Numbered from the stretch's first letter, positions 1-14,840 are shown. The stretch: DNA of 64,000 bases from the human T2T-CHM13v2.0 reference genome, Homo sapiens (GCF_009914755.1 NC_060930.1); one strand, 5' to 3'. Numbers and translations are program-made. Notes: generated from the sequence alone by a model not told the origin.

Positions 1-70
1 ACCTCTAGTGATCTGCCCACCTCAGCCTTCAAAAGTGTTGGTATTACAGGTGTGAGCCACCCTGCCCAGC
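1..70 (-). mobile_element. Alu 5' end (cut by window edge)
   Basis: gtgatctgcccacctcagcc...attacaggtgtgagccac. Confidence 0.9.
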
Positions 71-810
71 AAATAAGCCCCTTTCGATTACACCTGACTA
101 TGCTAATGAAGTGACTCTTGGAAATTAGGGGCTAGTTGTCAAAGGAACCAACCATGAGATGAGAGGATTGGAACTGCCAGCCCCATTCCCCAGCCTCTGG
201 GGAAGGGAGGTGGGCTGGGGATTCAGCTAGTCACCAATGGAGAATGAATTAATCAATCATGCCTTTGTACTGTAACTTCCATAAAATCCCTCAATAAAGG
301 GGTTCAAAGAGCTTCTGGGTTGGTGAACACATGCATGTGCCGGAGGGTAACACACCCAACTTCAGAGAAAGAAGCTCCTATGCTTGGGACTCTTCCAAAC
401 CTTGCCCTATGTGCTTCCTCATCTGGCTATTCATGTGTATAGTTTCTAATATCCTTTGTAATGAACCAGAAATAGTAAGCATAGTGTTTCCCTGAGTTCT
501 GTGAGCCCTTACAACAAATTATCGAATCTAGAGAGGTGGTTGTGGAAAACTCCCGATTTGTAGACAAGTTGGACAGAAGTGTGAATAACCTGGGGCTGTA
601 CTAATTTCAATGGGCATCTGAAGTTGGGGAGAGTCTTGCGGGACTGAGCCCCTAACCTGTGGGTCTGTGATAATGTCATGCAGTTAGTGTCAGAATTGAA
701 TTAAGTTCTAGGACACCCAGTTGATATCTGAAGAGAACTGGAGAATTGTTTGGTGTGGAAAACCCACACATTTGGTGTCAGAAGTGTTGTGTGTAGAGAA
801 ACAGTTTTCC
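71..810 (+). mobile_element. ERVL LTR, MER21-like
   Basis: aattaatcaatcatgcct, gagcttctgggttggtgaacacat, and 3' end aaacccacacatttggtgtcagaagtg. Confidence 0.7.
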
Positions 811-1144
811 TTTGTCCTTCCTTTCCCTTTAACTCCCTTAAACAATCAGCAAAATTTGTTTTTATTTGCAAACTAAATCCTACTTCCATCCACATCATTC
901 CATCTCCATTGCTACCACTCTTGTCCAAGCCGTGAATATTTCTCACCTGGTCCAGGGTGACAGCCTTCATCATGCTTCCTACTCCCACCTGGCTCCTCTA
1001 CAAACCCTTTGTAAATAAGACCAAGTCAGTACCGTCTCAGGACCCACGAATGGCTTCAATACCATTTAGAATTAAATCCAACATTCTCACTTTGGCAAAT
1101 AAAGCCGTATCTATCCCTCTAGTCCCATCTCACACTGAATCCTA

Positions 1145-1553
<409 letters not shown>

Positions 1554-1990
1554 TAGAAATTCTCCTCTGCAGAAACCCTTTCCTGGCCACCCCAACTAAC
1601 ATCTCCCTAATCACTATTATTTCATTTTATTTCCCTTATAGTTCCTATTAATATATAAAATAACCCGGGATCCCCCAAATAGGATGTGATTACATGTGTT
1701 TCAGAATCTTGTTAGATCTGTTCTTCGATGTATATCCAGTATCTAACACAGTGTCCAGCATACAGTAGGTACTCTATATATTTTTATTGAATAAATGAAT
1801 GGATGGATGGATGGATGGATGGATGAATGCATGTCTAAAATGGTGGAAGGTGAGGTTAATTAGGAAGCTTTTAATTTGTGTAACAGCAATGGGAGGTATG
1901 TAGAGAAGTCAAATTTGAAAGACGTTTCTGAGGGAGAATGTAAAAATCTTTAAGTAAAAAAGAGTTAGTAAAAACCTGATATATACTAGA

Positions 1991-2178
1991 GAAGTGGTTC
2001 TCAAATCTTAAGCATGCATCAGCATCACGTGGAAGGCTTGTGAAAACACAGATTGCAGGGATCCAAAAGTTTCTGATTCAATAGGTTGGATGTGGGGCCC
2101 AAGAGTTTGCATTTCTGGAAAATTTCCAGGTGATACTGATGCTCTTGGTCCAGGTACCACACTCTAAGAACCACAGTG
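1991..2178. mobile_element. MER5A (hAT-Charlie MITE)
   Basis: Termini agtggttctc...aagaaccac; tttgcatttct...ccaggtgat..tgatgct core. Confidence 0.8.
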
Positions 2179-2180
2179 CT

Positions 2181-2362
2181 GGACTGGGCGTGGTAGCTCA
2201 TGCCTGTATTCCCAGCACTTTGGGAGGCCGAGGTGGGTGGGTCACCTGAAGTCAGGAGTTCAAGACCAGCCTGACCAACACAGAGAAACCCCGTCTCTAC
2301 TAAAAATACAAAATCAGCTGGGTGTGGTGGTGCATGTCTCAAAAAAAAAAAAAAAAAAAAAA
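2181..2362 (+). mobile_element. Alu with most of the right arm deleted, TSD AAGAACCACAGTGCT
   Basis: TSD at 2166-2180 and 2363-2377; junction ggtggtgcatg|tctc(A)n. Confidence 0.92.
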
Positions 2363-2782
2363 AAGAACCACAGTGCTGAATTAAAAGAGGTAGAAGACAT
2401 CCTTGGATTTTATTATTAGATAGTCTAGGCTTAAAGCAGTTATTATTGCCAATTTTTAAATTATCTTTTCTATTTTATAAAATGTAGGTAAATACACTTA
2501 GTGGGTAAAAATTATGATTTGAATCAGAAATCCTGACTGGATATATTGACACTGAAAGCCACTAAATATAAAATGGGGGGGGGGGAGCTTTATTTCTTCT
2601 TCTGAACAATAAAACTAAATAATGTGATGATCAATTATGATTGAATTTTTAACTGGCCAGGATTTCATAAATGGTTCAAAATTATATCATTTTTACAGCT
2701 ACAAAAGTCTGGAGCTTACATGCAGCCACATATATTGGACCCTATTCTCCTTCTCCCCTGTATGCAGCCATAGCATAGGGTA

Positions 2783-3475
2783 TGAGTTGGCAAATTATGG
2801 CCAACAGACCAAATCCAGCTCACTGCTTGACTTTGTAAATGAAGTTTTATTGGAAATGTGAAAGAAAAATAAAATCTCAGGACCACAAATTCACTATGCC
2901 AAAGGGAAATATTAAGCTGGAACTGCCTTTCCTTTTGTTCCTAAGCAAATAGCTACAGATAGAAGGCCAGAGGTCTCCACAGGTAGCTACTCTATGTTTA
3001 CTTATATAAATTGACCATTTTCTGTGGGCTAGATGAATATACAGTTGACTATTCCTCTATCACCTCTTTCACATGTAAAATGTGGATTCAGTGAACACTG
3101 ATCAAAGACCCAAAAGAATGCAAGCATTTGCCCCTTTTATCTACCCTCCTTCCTTTTTTCTCCCCTTCCTCTTTCCCCCACTGCCTGTTCTTCCTCCTTT
3201 GAACATGGAAGTCCCCAAACTCTCTTTGGAAAAAGCAGGACTCACAAATGTCCCTGTGGTTTTGTATTCCTTTTTCCCGGGCACATCCTTAACCTTGGCA
3301 AAATAAACCTCTAAATTGATTGAGACCTGTCTCAGACACTTTTTGGTTTACTCACTCGTTTACACGTCTATGGCTGTTTTCACACTACAATAGCAGAGTG
3401 GTGAAAGAGACCTTATGTTCCATAAAGGCTATGTATTTACTCTCTGCCTTATATAGAAAAAGTTTGCCCCTGCCT
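2783..3475. mobile_element. MER58-like hAT MITE split by a MER4-group ERV1 solo LTR (2857-~3352, +)
   Basis: MER58 halves gttggcaaattatggcc...gtaaatgaagttttattggaa and ...tatagaaaaagtttgcc; LTR starts TGTGAAAGAAAAATAAAATCTCAGGACC and has aataaa near its 3' end. Confidence 0.7.
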
Positions 3476-4554
3476 AGGGGACATCAAGGGGACAAGCTAC
3501 TGGTTTGCTCCTCATTGTACTTCCTATTGCTTAGAAGTCCAGATTTTATTCCAGCATTTGAATTTTACAATACTATAAATTCTATGTAGTCTTCGCTGTA
3601 CATATCATTTATATAACCAAGTCAAGTATACAATGCCTAGCATAGTATCTGGATAACCCTGTAAAATATGCTTATTTTACAATATGCTTTCCCTAAGAGG
3701 TAGTCTATATTTTACAAGGAAAATTTCTTTCCCTGAGAGGTAGTCTATATTTTATAAGGAAAATGTCTTTGTTTAGAATACATTATAATCATCTTCGAAT
3801 TATATTCACATACCCAGAGGGCACATGAGAGCAAATGTTAAGGAAATCAATTCCCTGATACTCAACTTCCATATTCACTCTTTTCTAAAACTGATCTGTT
3901 GAATAAAAGACTGTGGCCCAATTCTCTTTTCCCATCTCCCCAATACAATCACCTTTTCCTGACTTTACGATGGAATATCTTGCCTCTCAGCTATCCCGAT
4001 TTTTACTCTAGTGCTTTTTCCTTGAGGTATAAACATCTCTTGGCTGCCAAACAAAAGGGCAATTAGATAACACATGGAACCTAAGGGAAAAGCCCTTGAG
4101 AGCAAAGTAAAACAGGCACAGGAAAGAAATACCAAAAGCAGACATGTCTTCTTTCACCTATTTGTCCACTAGTCCTTGCTTACAAACCATGTTTGTCCAC
4201 CTGATGATCTACGAATCAGAATTCAAAAGTGAGATGAGTGTCACAGCAACACATATTAACATGTTTATTTGAATTGAAAGAATGAAATCAGACCTTTTCT
4301 GTTAGAAGATAAATTGGATTGGATGATTAGTTTGGTAATAAGAACTGGCTTTGAGAATTAGGTTATATGGCACCCATTTTTCATAACTGAGTGAACTATA
4401 ATAAACCTGTAACTTTTGATATGTATTTTAAATAGACTAAGAACATGTAGAAAATATACCAGGAATGATATCCTTTGCAATTACTTAAACATAAGATAGC
4501 AACTATTAGACATCAATTTAAAAATCTATGAGGGGATACAAAATTCTTCTAGAA

Positions 4555-4790
4555 TACAGGTATCCAATCTTTTGGCTTCCCTGCGCCACATTGGAGGAGA
4601 AAGAATTGCATTGGGCTACATATAAAATACTAACACTAACAATAGCTGATGAGCTTAAAAAAAAAAAAAAGGTCCATGCAAAATCTCATAATGTTTTAAG
4701 AAACTTTACAAGTTTGTGTTGGGTCAAACACAAACCTCAAAGCCATCCTGGGCCACATGTGGCCTGCGGACCTCAGGTTGGACAAGCTTC
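4555..4790 (+). mobile_element. MER30 (hAT-Charlie) with 8-bp TSD TTCTAGAA
   Basis: tccaatcttttggcttccctg...ggttggacaagctt; TSD at 4547-4554 and 4791-4798 matches the NTCTAGAN Charlie target. Confidence 0.88.
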
Positions 4791-6589
4791 TTCTAGAATG
4801 TACTCTAGAAAAAGAAAGCAAGAAAACCACTGCCTAGCAGTATATATGAGAAGATGAAGTCCTATGTTAGAACCCCTGAATGTCCATGGTGAGACAAAGG
4901 GAGAGTGAGCAGCTTTGCACAGGAAGTGAAAGGCAACTGGGGCTGCCAGTGTGCAAGGTAAGGAAGACAAAGCTGGGGATTTCCAAGAAGAGAGAGGGCC
5001 CAGCTTCAATGATAGGTCACTGATAACCTAGTAGAGTGTCAAGGAAAATTCTTTGGCAGACAGGACTTTTGTTTCTGACTGCAATGTAATTTTTACTTTC
5101 CTTGTCCCATATTTTTAATATTTTAATAAAATCAGCTAACATTAACTTAACACTTTGGGAAATAAAGAGCTGGAGGATGTCCAGTGAGGCAATGCAATGC
5201 AGAAAACGTGGCAGACACGCAGAAGGGAAAGAGTTTAGAAATTGCAAAATCAGCAAATGCAGGAACTAGGAATCAAGAGAAGGCTAGAAAAAACACAAGC
5301 CTCTACCTCTTGCCTCCTCTCCCATTTCTCCCTCCAAAGATAATTAGAAACCTGAGATGGGGTCCAAACAATTTACCTTTATTTTAAAAACCAAGGTGGT
5401 TCCAGCAAGCTAGGGCCCTTCACAAATGGACATTATAAATAAATTAGCAGTAGCTTACAATTTAAATTCTAGATCTTACTTTTCAAAAAATTTGTTTTCT
5501 CTCAAAATCTATTTACAGCATCTACACTGGACAAATCAATCAAACAATTCCTCTACTTTTTTTCTATTTTATTTTACTGCAGCTATAGGATGCCGAAAAG
5601 AAGTATCTTTCTACTTGACCAAGGATAGGTGGCAACTACGGTCAGTTTGTGTTTGAAATCAGATCTGTGAAAATCCAAGAGACTCCACAGTGACCTACAT
5701 ATTGCATAATTCTGGTCTTGGAAAAGTTTGGACTCTAGTAATGGTGAAGTTCTTGACCTCCTTCAGAAAAACATTTTTGGATAAAGTACTCTTAGTAAGT
5801 TAAAAAGGGTAAAACGTTCTATATTAATAATATAGAAACAGAAGCTTGTTTTGAATTGAAAACATTTAAAATTATGACCTATAAATGTATTAGAGATGTA
5901 GCCTACATTTGGAAAATAAATATTTTGATAAAATATTTTTAGTTTCTCAAATGTCAGTGTCATGTGAGAAAAATAATGTAGCATTCTTGGACCATACAAA
6001 GAAAAAGAAAAGGAAATACACTAAGTTTTCGAATGATTCTTTAGTGTAAAAGACCTTTTTTACTATGACTCTTAGAAATAGCTCCGTACCCATACTGTGC
6101 ATACTTCAATGCACATCTGTGATTTGTTCTTCCAGCATTGTGACTCTAAAATTAGAAGGCTTCACTTGGAAGAATGCCAAGGTAATCATGAAAAGGGCTA
6201 CAGTCTAATGGAGACAGGGACCAGTACAGATGACAGACCAATAAAGAAACTGAGTGATTTGGGCTAAAATTCAGAAACCATCTGTTTAACTCTTGGCATA
6301 AACATGATGAAGGCAAACCTTAGGATGTTGAAAATCAAGTAAAAGAAATGATGATTCTTGCGTTCAGAAATAGCAAAAAAAGTTTATAAAACATTATACA
6401 TAGTTTTAGGATTGCATACTCATAATGATGTGTATTATAACACATTACATATGTTATATTTGTTAATAATTATAACAAATTGAAATTCTATTACTTTAGC
6501 CATTGATTCACTCAATGTAAATTTGCTCCATATCTGTTATGTGCTAGCCTAAGCATAGGTGCTATAAGAGATAGGGAGGAAATAAAACT

Positions 6590-6785
6590 AATTTATTGCC
6601 CATCTAATGTCACAAATATTTTGGATCACTTCATTTATTCCTCATAGATATCTGCAAGCTAACTGAGCCTCAGAGAGGTTAAAATGTTCAAGGAGACAAG
6701 CTTGAAAGTATCAGAGCAGCCTTCAAACCTATGTCTGTCTATACTGAAAGCCTTCAACCTTGCTACTACGCCACATTGCTTCCTC
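6590..6785 (-). mobile_element. MIR
   Basis: aactgagcctcagagaggttaa core. Confidence 0.6.
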
Positions 6786-7116
6786 AAAGACAAGAAGGGA
6801 ATGAGAAACACACGGCCACTGCCTTAAAGGATCCTGGAAACAAGAACACACACAAAAAATACCTGGATATAAATATCTCTAAGTTTCATATAAGAGAATT
6901 CAAGTGTCTCTTCTCACTTAGGGCTGAAATTTCAACTAAGCCTGGAAGGATGGGTTGGAGTCAGAAAGAATGCTAACTTAAATTCCAAAATTAATCACAA
7001 AAATTTCTTGGGCTTAAAAAAAAAAAAAGAACATGAGTCAAATAGAATCACTAAAGGATGTCCTTCTTTGAGAGATGGCTTCTCTAGCTCCTTAATATTT
7101 CAAGCCCCTTCCCCCT

Positions 7117-7143
7117 ACACACACACACACACACACACACACA
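7117..7143. repeat. (CA)n microsatellite
   Basis: Direct read. Confidence 0.95.
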
Positions 7144-8260
7144 TGCATACATGCAGACATAGTAAGTAAATAAATAAATATACATATAATTGTTTCTACA
7201 GCTTTGAAGTAATATTCATTAAAAATTTAACTAATAACTTTGGGGAAATAATCCATGTTTTGCCAGAAAAGAAGGGGAATGGTAGGCATTTACTAACTCA
7301 TTCAGACCTTTGGAAACATAATTTCAAGGAGACTGAACCAGAAGGTGGGGTTGCAAAGTGGAGTTGAATACTGAGGAAACCCCTGTGCTTCTCCAAGAAT
7401 GAAAATCAGAATGAAAAGATGAAAAAAATGCAAATAATAAAATCCTTCCAAGATTTAAAGAGTGCAACCCCAACACAGTTCACCACCTCTTTCATTACTT
7501 TTGAAAGCATGAATTCTCAGTGCTGTTTGCTCCTCTGTGTCATGACTAAGTTTTCCTTCTCAGAGGCTGCCTTTCCATATTCCTAGAACAGCTTGTTTAA
7601 AATATATAAAGTTGAAGTGTGTGCAAAAGATCATAGTGCACATGAAGGAGAATGAACTTGGAATAAATATACATGAGATAATAGATGAAAAACAAACAAA
7701 CTGATTCAATAACCTTCAGCAATGACTTCTATCAACATTTGGTCAATACATCTACTCTTCAAATTTTACAATAGTAATATCTTCAAAAAGTAAAAACCAA
7801 ATTATAAAAAATTAGTGTTTATACTGTCACTTCAGAAAATTATTCAATAGTTTTGGAAAATATATAGCATTTGTATGACTTCTATGCAAAAATAATGAAG
7901 CAATGACAACAATTCCTGTGAGAAAATAAGGGCAGAAAACTGTAACTGTTCAGATTTCTGGCTTATTTTCTCAACCAGAGACCTCCAGATAAGATTCTAC
8001 AAAGTCAGTTTTTAGAGAACAGAGACAAAGCTAAAGATAAAGAATAAATAAAACTTTACAATAGTCAGTATTCTAGAGTGGGAAAAAAGAGACCCTTACA
8101 TCCTTCCCTTCATTTCAGGAATTTTTAAAACTTCAATAAAAGTAATGTTCAGCAATTCCATTTTTTAAAATTATATATCTATTTTTTAATAAAATATATA
8201 CTCACTCTTACGGAGGTGATAATATCTGAAGTAGATAATACCATTCACAATAGGTTTTAT

Positions 8261-8596
<336 letters not shown>

Positions 8597-8770
8597 TAGC
8601 GAGAATGGGCTGGTTACAGATTTGTGGGAATTTTTTTGTGAGACGAGTATTTGTTGACTTGTCTCTAAATGGAGAAAACAATAAACACTTTTGTACAATT
8701 ATTCTTTTAATTTTGAAAGGAAATAGTGTGAAACTGATCTTTGATTACCGAATAGAAAAATCAATTTTAG

Positions 8771-9090
8771 GGCCAGGCACCGTGGGCTCACGCCTGTAAT
8801 CCCAGCACTTCGGGAGGCCGAGGTGGGCGGATTACGAGGTCAGAAGATCGAGACCATCCTGGCTAACACTGTGAAACCCCATCTGTGCTAAATATACAAA
8901 AAAAATTAGCCGGGCGTGGTGGCGGGTGCCTGTAGTTCCAGCTACTCGGGAGGCTGAGGCAAGAGAATGGCGTGAACCCGGGAGGCGGAGCTTGCAGTGA
9001 GCTGAGTCCGCGCCACTGAGTCCGCGCCACTGCACTCCAGCCTGGGCGACAGCGAGACTCCGTCTCAAAAAAAAAAAAAAAGAAAAAAAA
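8771..9090 (+). mobile_element. AluY with internal 14-bp tandem duplication
   Basis: gagaccatcctggctaacac and ggcgtgaacccgggaggcggagcttgcag diagnostics; CTGAGTCCGCGCCA x2 at 9002-9029. Confidence 0.95.
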
Positions 9091-9970
9091 GAAATTTATT
9101 GGGTACCTAAAATCAGTAGACAGTAAATGTGATTTTCCTAACATCAAAAAAATTGATTTATCTTTTTTGAAAAGAGTAGAATGGGTCCCTGGAGATTAGT
9201 TATGTCTTGTTGCCTCAGTCAGAGAGCTCACAGAAACCTCTTGAAAATGAAGAAAGGAAAAACAGAAGGAGGTCCACACAGGGAAGCTCCAGAGCTGAGG
9301 ACACATATGTAAAATATAAGCTATTCCAGCCTTCTTTAACACACAAGGCTTGTGCTATCATTCCAAGCAACTTGTAAGCTTACTGTGCTGAGAGACCCTT
9401 CAAAAATTCAATATAAAAATCAATACTCTATATTACCTCCCAAATATTGCTTTAACAAAGAAAAATGATTTACTATTTGGGTTTGTTGTTTCTTAAAAAA
9501 CTTTTATCTCTTTTGTAATTGCACACGTTTATTATTATACATGTTGTGTAAGATAAAATATCTATGGGAAAGATAATAAGTCAAATTATAGAAAATTCAA
9601 GGAAGAGGGGATGACAGCAGATGAAAGATCATGATGGTAGCTGTGAAGTTAAATGTCTTTTCACTCACCGCTATCCCCGCAAATTCTTTATAGGTTCTCT
9701 CCATTGAGTGCAGGTTTCTAGAATATTAATTCTTTCCAAATGTAGATCGTTTGGGAAATTTTGTCTTGACAATGTGAAACAATTTTTTAAAAAAACTATT
9801 TACCCACAGTTTTAGTTTTGAAAGAGAAGATTATAAAGTTGATTTTTATTGGTAAAAGATACACAAGGGTTATGTGGATCAATTGTTTTTCCTGTGCCAA
9901 TTGTGTACTCTTTTGTTATAGCAGTTTTATAATAAGCTTTAATAACTTATTAAAATCTGGCCTTAATTAG

Positions 9971-10295
<325 letters not shown>

Positions 10296-13200
10296 CACAT
10301 TTCTAATAATTTTTATTTATAATCACAGTTATTTTTCTATATAGTTTTAAATCATTTAGCTAACTACACTCCCCCAAAAATGGAATTCTCATTATATGTA
10401 CAGTAATCTGAAAAGTGTATTTTCATATTAAATCTTCCCATCCAGGAAGGTGATATGCCTTTTTCTTTATTTAGATTGTTTTAAAACATACATATTTTAA
10501 AAATCTTGTAGTTTCCTCCATATAGGTCCTGCCCCAGTCTGATTTCTTTATGCAAGAGAAATACCAGTTAAATGAATAGGAAGGAGAGATGTAACATGAG
10601 AAGGAAGGCTTAAAAAGCAGCTTAAAGTATCTGTGGTGAATACAGACTGGGGAAAGCAAATAATAAGCCTAGAGATTGTCCATGGACTCTGGGAATATGA
10701 GCACTGGGGCCTCAGGGATTGTAGCAGTAGCCTGGCAAACCACACATGTTTCTACTCTCCTCCTCCAGCCACCAGCTTCTTCCAAGCATCTCAGTCATTT
10801 CTGGCCTTCAGCTCTAGTTCTGACTTTTACAAGGATGGATATGGCCTTTTGGCATGTGAAGGATTTAGGATAAGATTTTATTATCAAAGACATATTCCTA
10901 TTGAAAAATTACAAGTAATAACCTTTTGGAAGTAGATCCTGCTCAGCTGTTTCAGTTTGACATTCATAACAATAGGCAAAGCCTGGAAAAGGCAGTGATA
11001 ACAATGGAGTGCGAAAGATATGAAGGACTGACTGCAACGTTTCTGAGAACAGGTTATTACATCCAATGGAAGATAAGGAGAATTGACAGGCTGACCCTCC
11101 CAACTCTTTCTTCCATCAGTACGTGCACATATTAAATATCCCAAATCCCATTCTATCATGTCAAAAGAAGTTCAATGCCACTATACCAAGTCAACCATAT
11201 AAGATTCTACTCTGAAAAATAATATTTGGTGTTATTTTAAGAAGTGCTTCTCTCATATTTTAAAAAAGAGATTATCAATTTCTCTAACTACTGGAGGACA
11301 AAAATGGAGCATGCCTCATAATCATGATTTTTTTTCAAGGAATAAAGGATATAGTCCAATACATGATAAATAAAAGGGAGAGAATATTGCCTAAAGAAGA
11401 TAACAGTGGGTAGATAATAATATGTGAAATAAATTTTGATCTAGAAATACCCTTATGTATAAAGCCAGTGTACTGAGTCTGAGTCCAAATTTTTGGTTTA
11501 TGTTCTCTGGAGAGATGTCAGCCTGACTTTAATAGTTTTTACCTTAGTATTTCCTAAAGAATAAAAAAAAGATTATCCAAATGTTTGAAAAATTCACCAA
11601 CAGAATGCTCTGAAGAAAGAATTGTGTCTAAATGAAAAAATGTAGAGAACAAATAAAGCAGATCAACAGTGCTGCCCCAGAATAAGATAGTGAAAGATTT
11701 AAAATGAGAGGCACCAGAGTAGAACCTATCTCCAAGCTTATAAATATGAACAGGGATATCAAATAATCTACAGCTATCAGAGGCATCTCTTTCAGCCACT
11801 GAAGCTAAGCAATGAAAAAGGAGAGAGTGACTTCACACAAAATCTCTTGAGCTAGGGTATCACAAGACCCACTTTGGGTATTAAAGGTAGAAAACAGTGG
11901 AAGAAATAAAGCTTCCTGAGAAATCTCTCCTGGGCCAGGTATTAGACATGCAAGTCTCACCCTAGTCATTATGGCTAGGTTAGTAGATAGGAAAATCACA
12001 AGTTATGAGTTCCAAAATGACATCATCCTGATCTTCAAGGCCAAGGGAATAAGAAGATAGCCAAACTGTATATTTGGGGTAGAAAGAATAGTTTCAAATG
12101 AACTTTCTTGCATTTATAAATACTTTTTTAAGTAATCTATATGTGGTCTTCAAGGTTGATAAATGAGAAGTAGTTTGTAAGAAGCTCCTCCATAATCTAC
12201 AATTTCCTGGGTCCATTCTTGGATTTTAAAAGCTAGGCTAGCAAAGGTAAATGAGGCTATGTGAGAAATTTCCTGCATGATAAGCTATAGCCTCCCGAAT
12301 CTCTGTGTTAGGTTCATAATGTCAGGCTACTGGTGGGAATGGAGATAATTTTTTAAAATAAAATAACTTCCTTCTGTTCACAATTCCACTGGAGCGTCCT
12401 TGGCTCTGCTCCTTGATCTCTTTCTTCATTATTTTGGGCAATGCATCGCACAAGGGGCCAAGAATCTGTCACAGACACAACTTTGGCCATCAGCCATTGG
12501 GCCCTGGCAGGCTGCAGTTGGGTAGTGAGCATGAGCTTAAGTTCACTGAAGGGACTCAGGTCTACAATATGCCATGATGGAGTCCTCCAAGAAGGTTGTT
12601 ATTGGTTGGCAAGATGGTGCTGAGACACACCCAAGTGAAGGGAAGCTGCATACAAGTTATAATATGGGTAAACAATGACAATATATAAGATTTCAAGAAT
12701 AAATACAGATGCTTAAATGCAATAAAGTAAAACTAATCAACTAATTAAAATAAAGCAGACAATATGGAGTTTACCTAGAATATCACTTTTCACTTTACTA
12801 GTGTTTATACTTGTTTGTATTTATGAGAAGAGTCAGACGCTTTCCTCACCAGTGTATAACGTGTAGCTACCTAAGTCAATGTCACCAGGTAACAGACGCT
12901 GGCCATCCCACAGTGTTGGTATATCCCTAGTCAGGATTGCTGCTAAATCAAAACACAGTGGTACCAAAAACCACTGTTGATTGGCTCTGAGCAAGGTTTC
13001 TCTTTCATCCACAATCACACAATTAGTGAGTGACAAGATTGAAATTCATGAATCCAACTGCTAACTCTCTAATCCAATGAAAATTCTGTATGTGCCTTTT
13101 ATGATGCATAAATCATGACTTTTATGTAAAATAGGAATCATTTCTATGCAGGTGCATTTCTATTAATTAATCTGGTTCCTTGCAAATTAACAGAAAATGT

Positions 13201-13937
13201 TTATTAATTTATTGTTTAAATAAAGGCAAAGTAAAACTGATCAGCAAAAAAATAAAATAAAATGGGTGCATGTGTATGCTATCCTATGTTAAAAAGCATA
13301 GGTGGAAAAGTCAAATGCAAAAGTGAAAAAAATTCCAGCACATTTTTATTTGTTTGTTTTTTTTTTTAGGAAAGAATGAGCCTCTATTGATGGGCAGATT
13401 CTCACAGTGGGAGCCCTGAATTAGAAATGAAAATTACTTTATAACACAGCCTACACAGGAGCTAAACATTAATGTCTTTGATTGCTTTAGGTCAGTTACC
13501 CATAAGTGTGAGTACTTACGCTGTCAATTAATCTTTTACAATCTGGTATTACTTTAGTAGTTATTTTGAAAAAAACAAAACACAAAGAAGCAAAAAAAAA
13601 AAAACCCACCACATCTAAATATGTACTCTAAATATTTAAATAAAATTATATTTTAATTAAAATAGAAAGGTAAACCATAATGGTAGGCTGATGAAATCCT
13701 CCTTAAACAAATTAAAATGTAAATATTTAAATAAATAAAATGGAATCTGTGATACTAAATAGCTTAATGTCAAAGTAAAAAGATAGATAACTTTATTCTT
13801 CAGCTCTGTGGATACAATAATATTCACCATATTGAGAATACATAAAACTCTACAGGAGGAAGAAATGTCTCAGTGGTGATGGAAGCCATTACATCTTCTC
13901 CTCTTTATACATCCTCTCTAAATAAGGTAAATAAACT

Positions 13938-13976
13938 AATGGCAAACACCACCATTACTTTTGCACCAGCCAAATA
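13938..13976. mobile_element. Half MADE1 (Hsmar1 MITE), in the loop of an inverted repeat
   Basis: aatggcaaacaccaccattacttttgcaccagccaaata versus the recalled MADE1 right half AATGGCAAAAACCGCAATTACTTTTGCACCAACCTAATA. Confidence 0.75.
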
Positions 13977-14349
13977 ACTTGATTTACCATATTTAGAGAG
14001 GACATACAAAGAGGAGAGGTGTCATGGAAGTATATCCCTAGTCCTTCCGAGTTTCCATCACACAAGAACCGGCTGGATTCATGGCTTTCACAGTTCTCTT
14101 TTCACCTGACTTTCTGCTTCCTACAGACATTTCCAATGTAAAAAGTCCACTGTACATTGATCACAGCATAAAATCTGGATAGATGTGTCTTTTCTTCTTC
14201 ATCTTACCCCTTATACCACCACAGGAGAGTATGCTCATTTTCTCCTTTGGCTCCATTCACTTTTCCTGATAGCTGACTTTGTCACTTCTACTTTTTTCTC
14301 CATATTGGACATTCTGATCATTACACTTTCTATATTTTATCAGCAAGAT

Positions 14350-14840
14350 CTGTTAGAGGCAAGCAGCAGAAACTAAACCTAGCTGATTTAGTAAAATAAT
14401 AATAATTTATTAAAAGTTTGTTAAGTAGTTTATGTAACTTTTAAGAGGGCTGGACAACCAGGCTTGAAGGATGCATAGCCAGGAATCTTGCTCCAAATCA
14501 GGCCACAGAACTGGTCTGGCAAGCATGACACTGCCACTGATGTCAAGTGCATTGTGGCCACTGGCATAGGATACTGAATGACGCTGTGTCCCCAGAAACT
14601 TCATCCTGCAATACCTGCAGTTGCTTCCAGGGAAAATTTTTTAGTCTCCATTTCTTTATTTCAGTAACTCTTGATTCAAAGTCTTGGGTTGGTAGATCTG
14701 AATGGCAAAGTCTTATTTTCATGGTAATATCCTAGTTTCAAGGAAGGCAAGGAAAACAAAAATCTAGCATTTTTCTGCCCACTATGGTAGGCAAGTTTCT
14801 GTTGAAACATAGGGTTCAGATTTTGCGTGGCCAAAAATGG
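14350..14840 (-). mobile_element. Old MaLR LTR (MLT1-type)
   Basis: gcaagcagcagaaactaaacctagctgattta start; aggaaggcaaggaaaac...tctagcattt motif. Confidence 0.55.
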
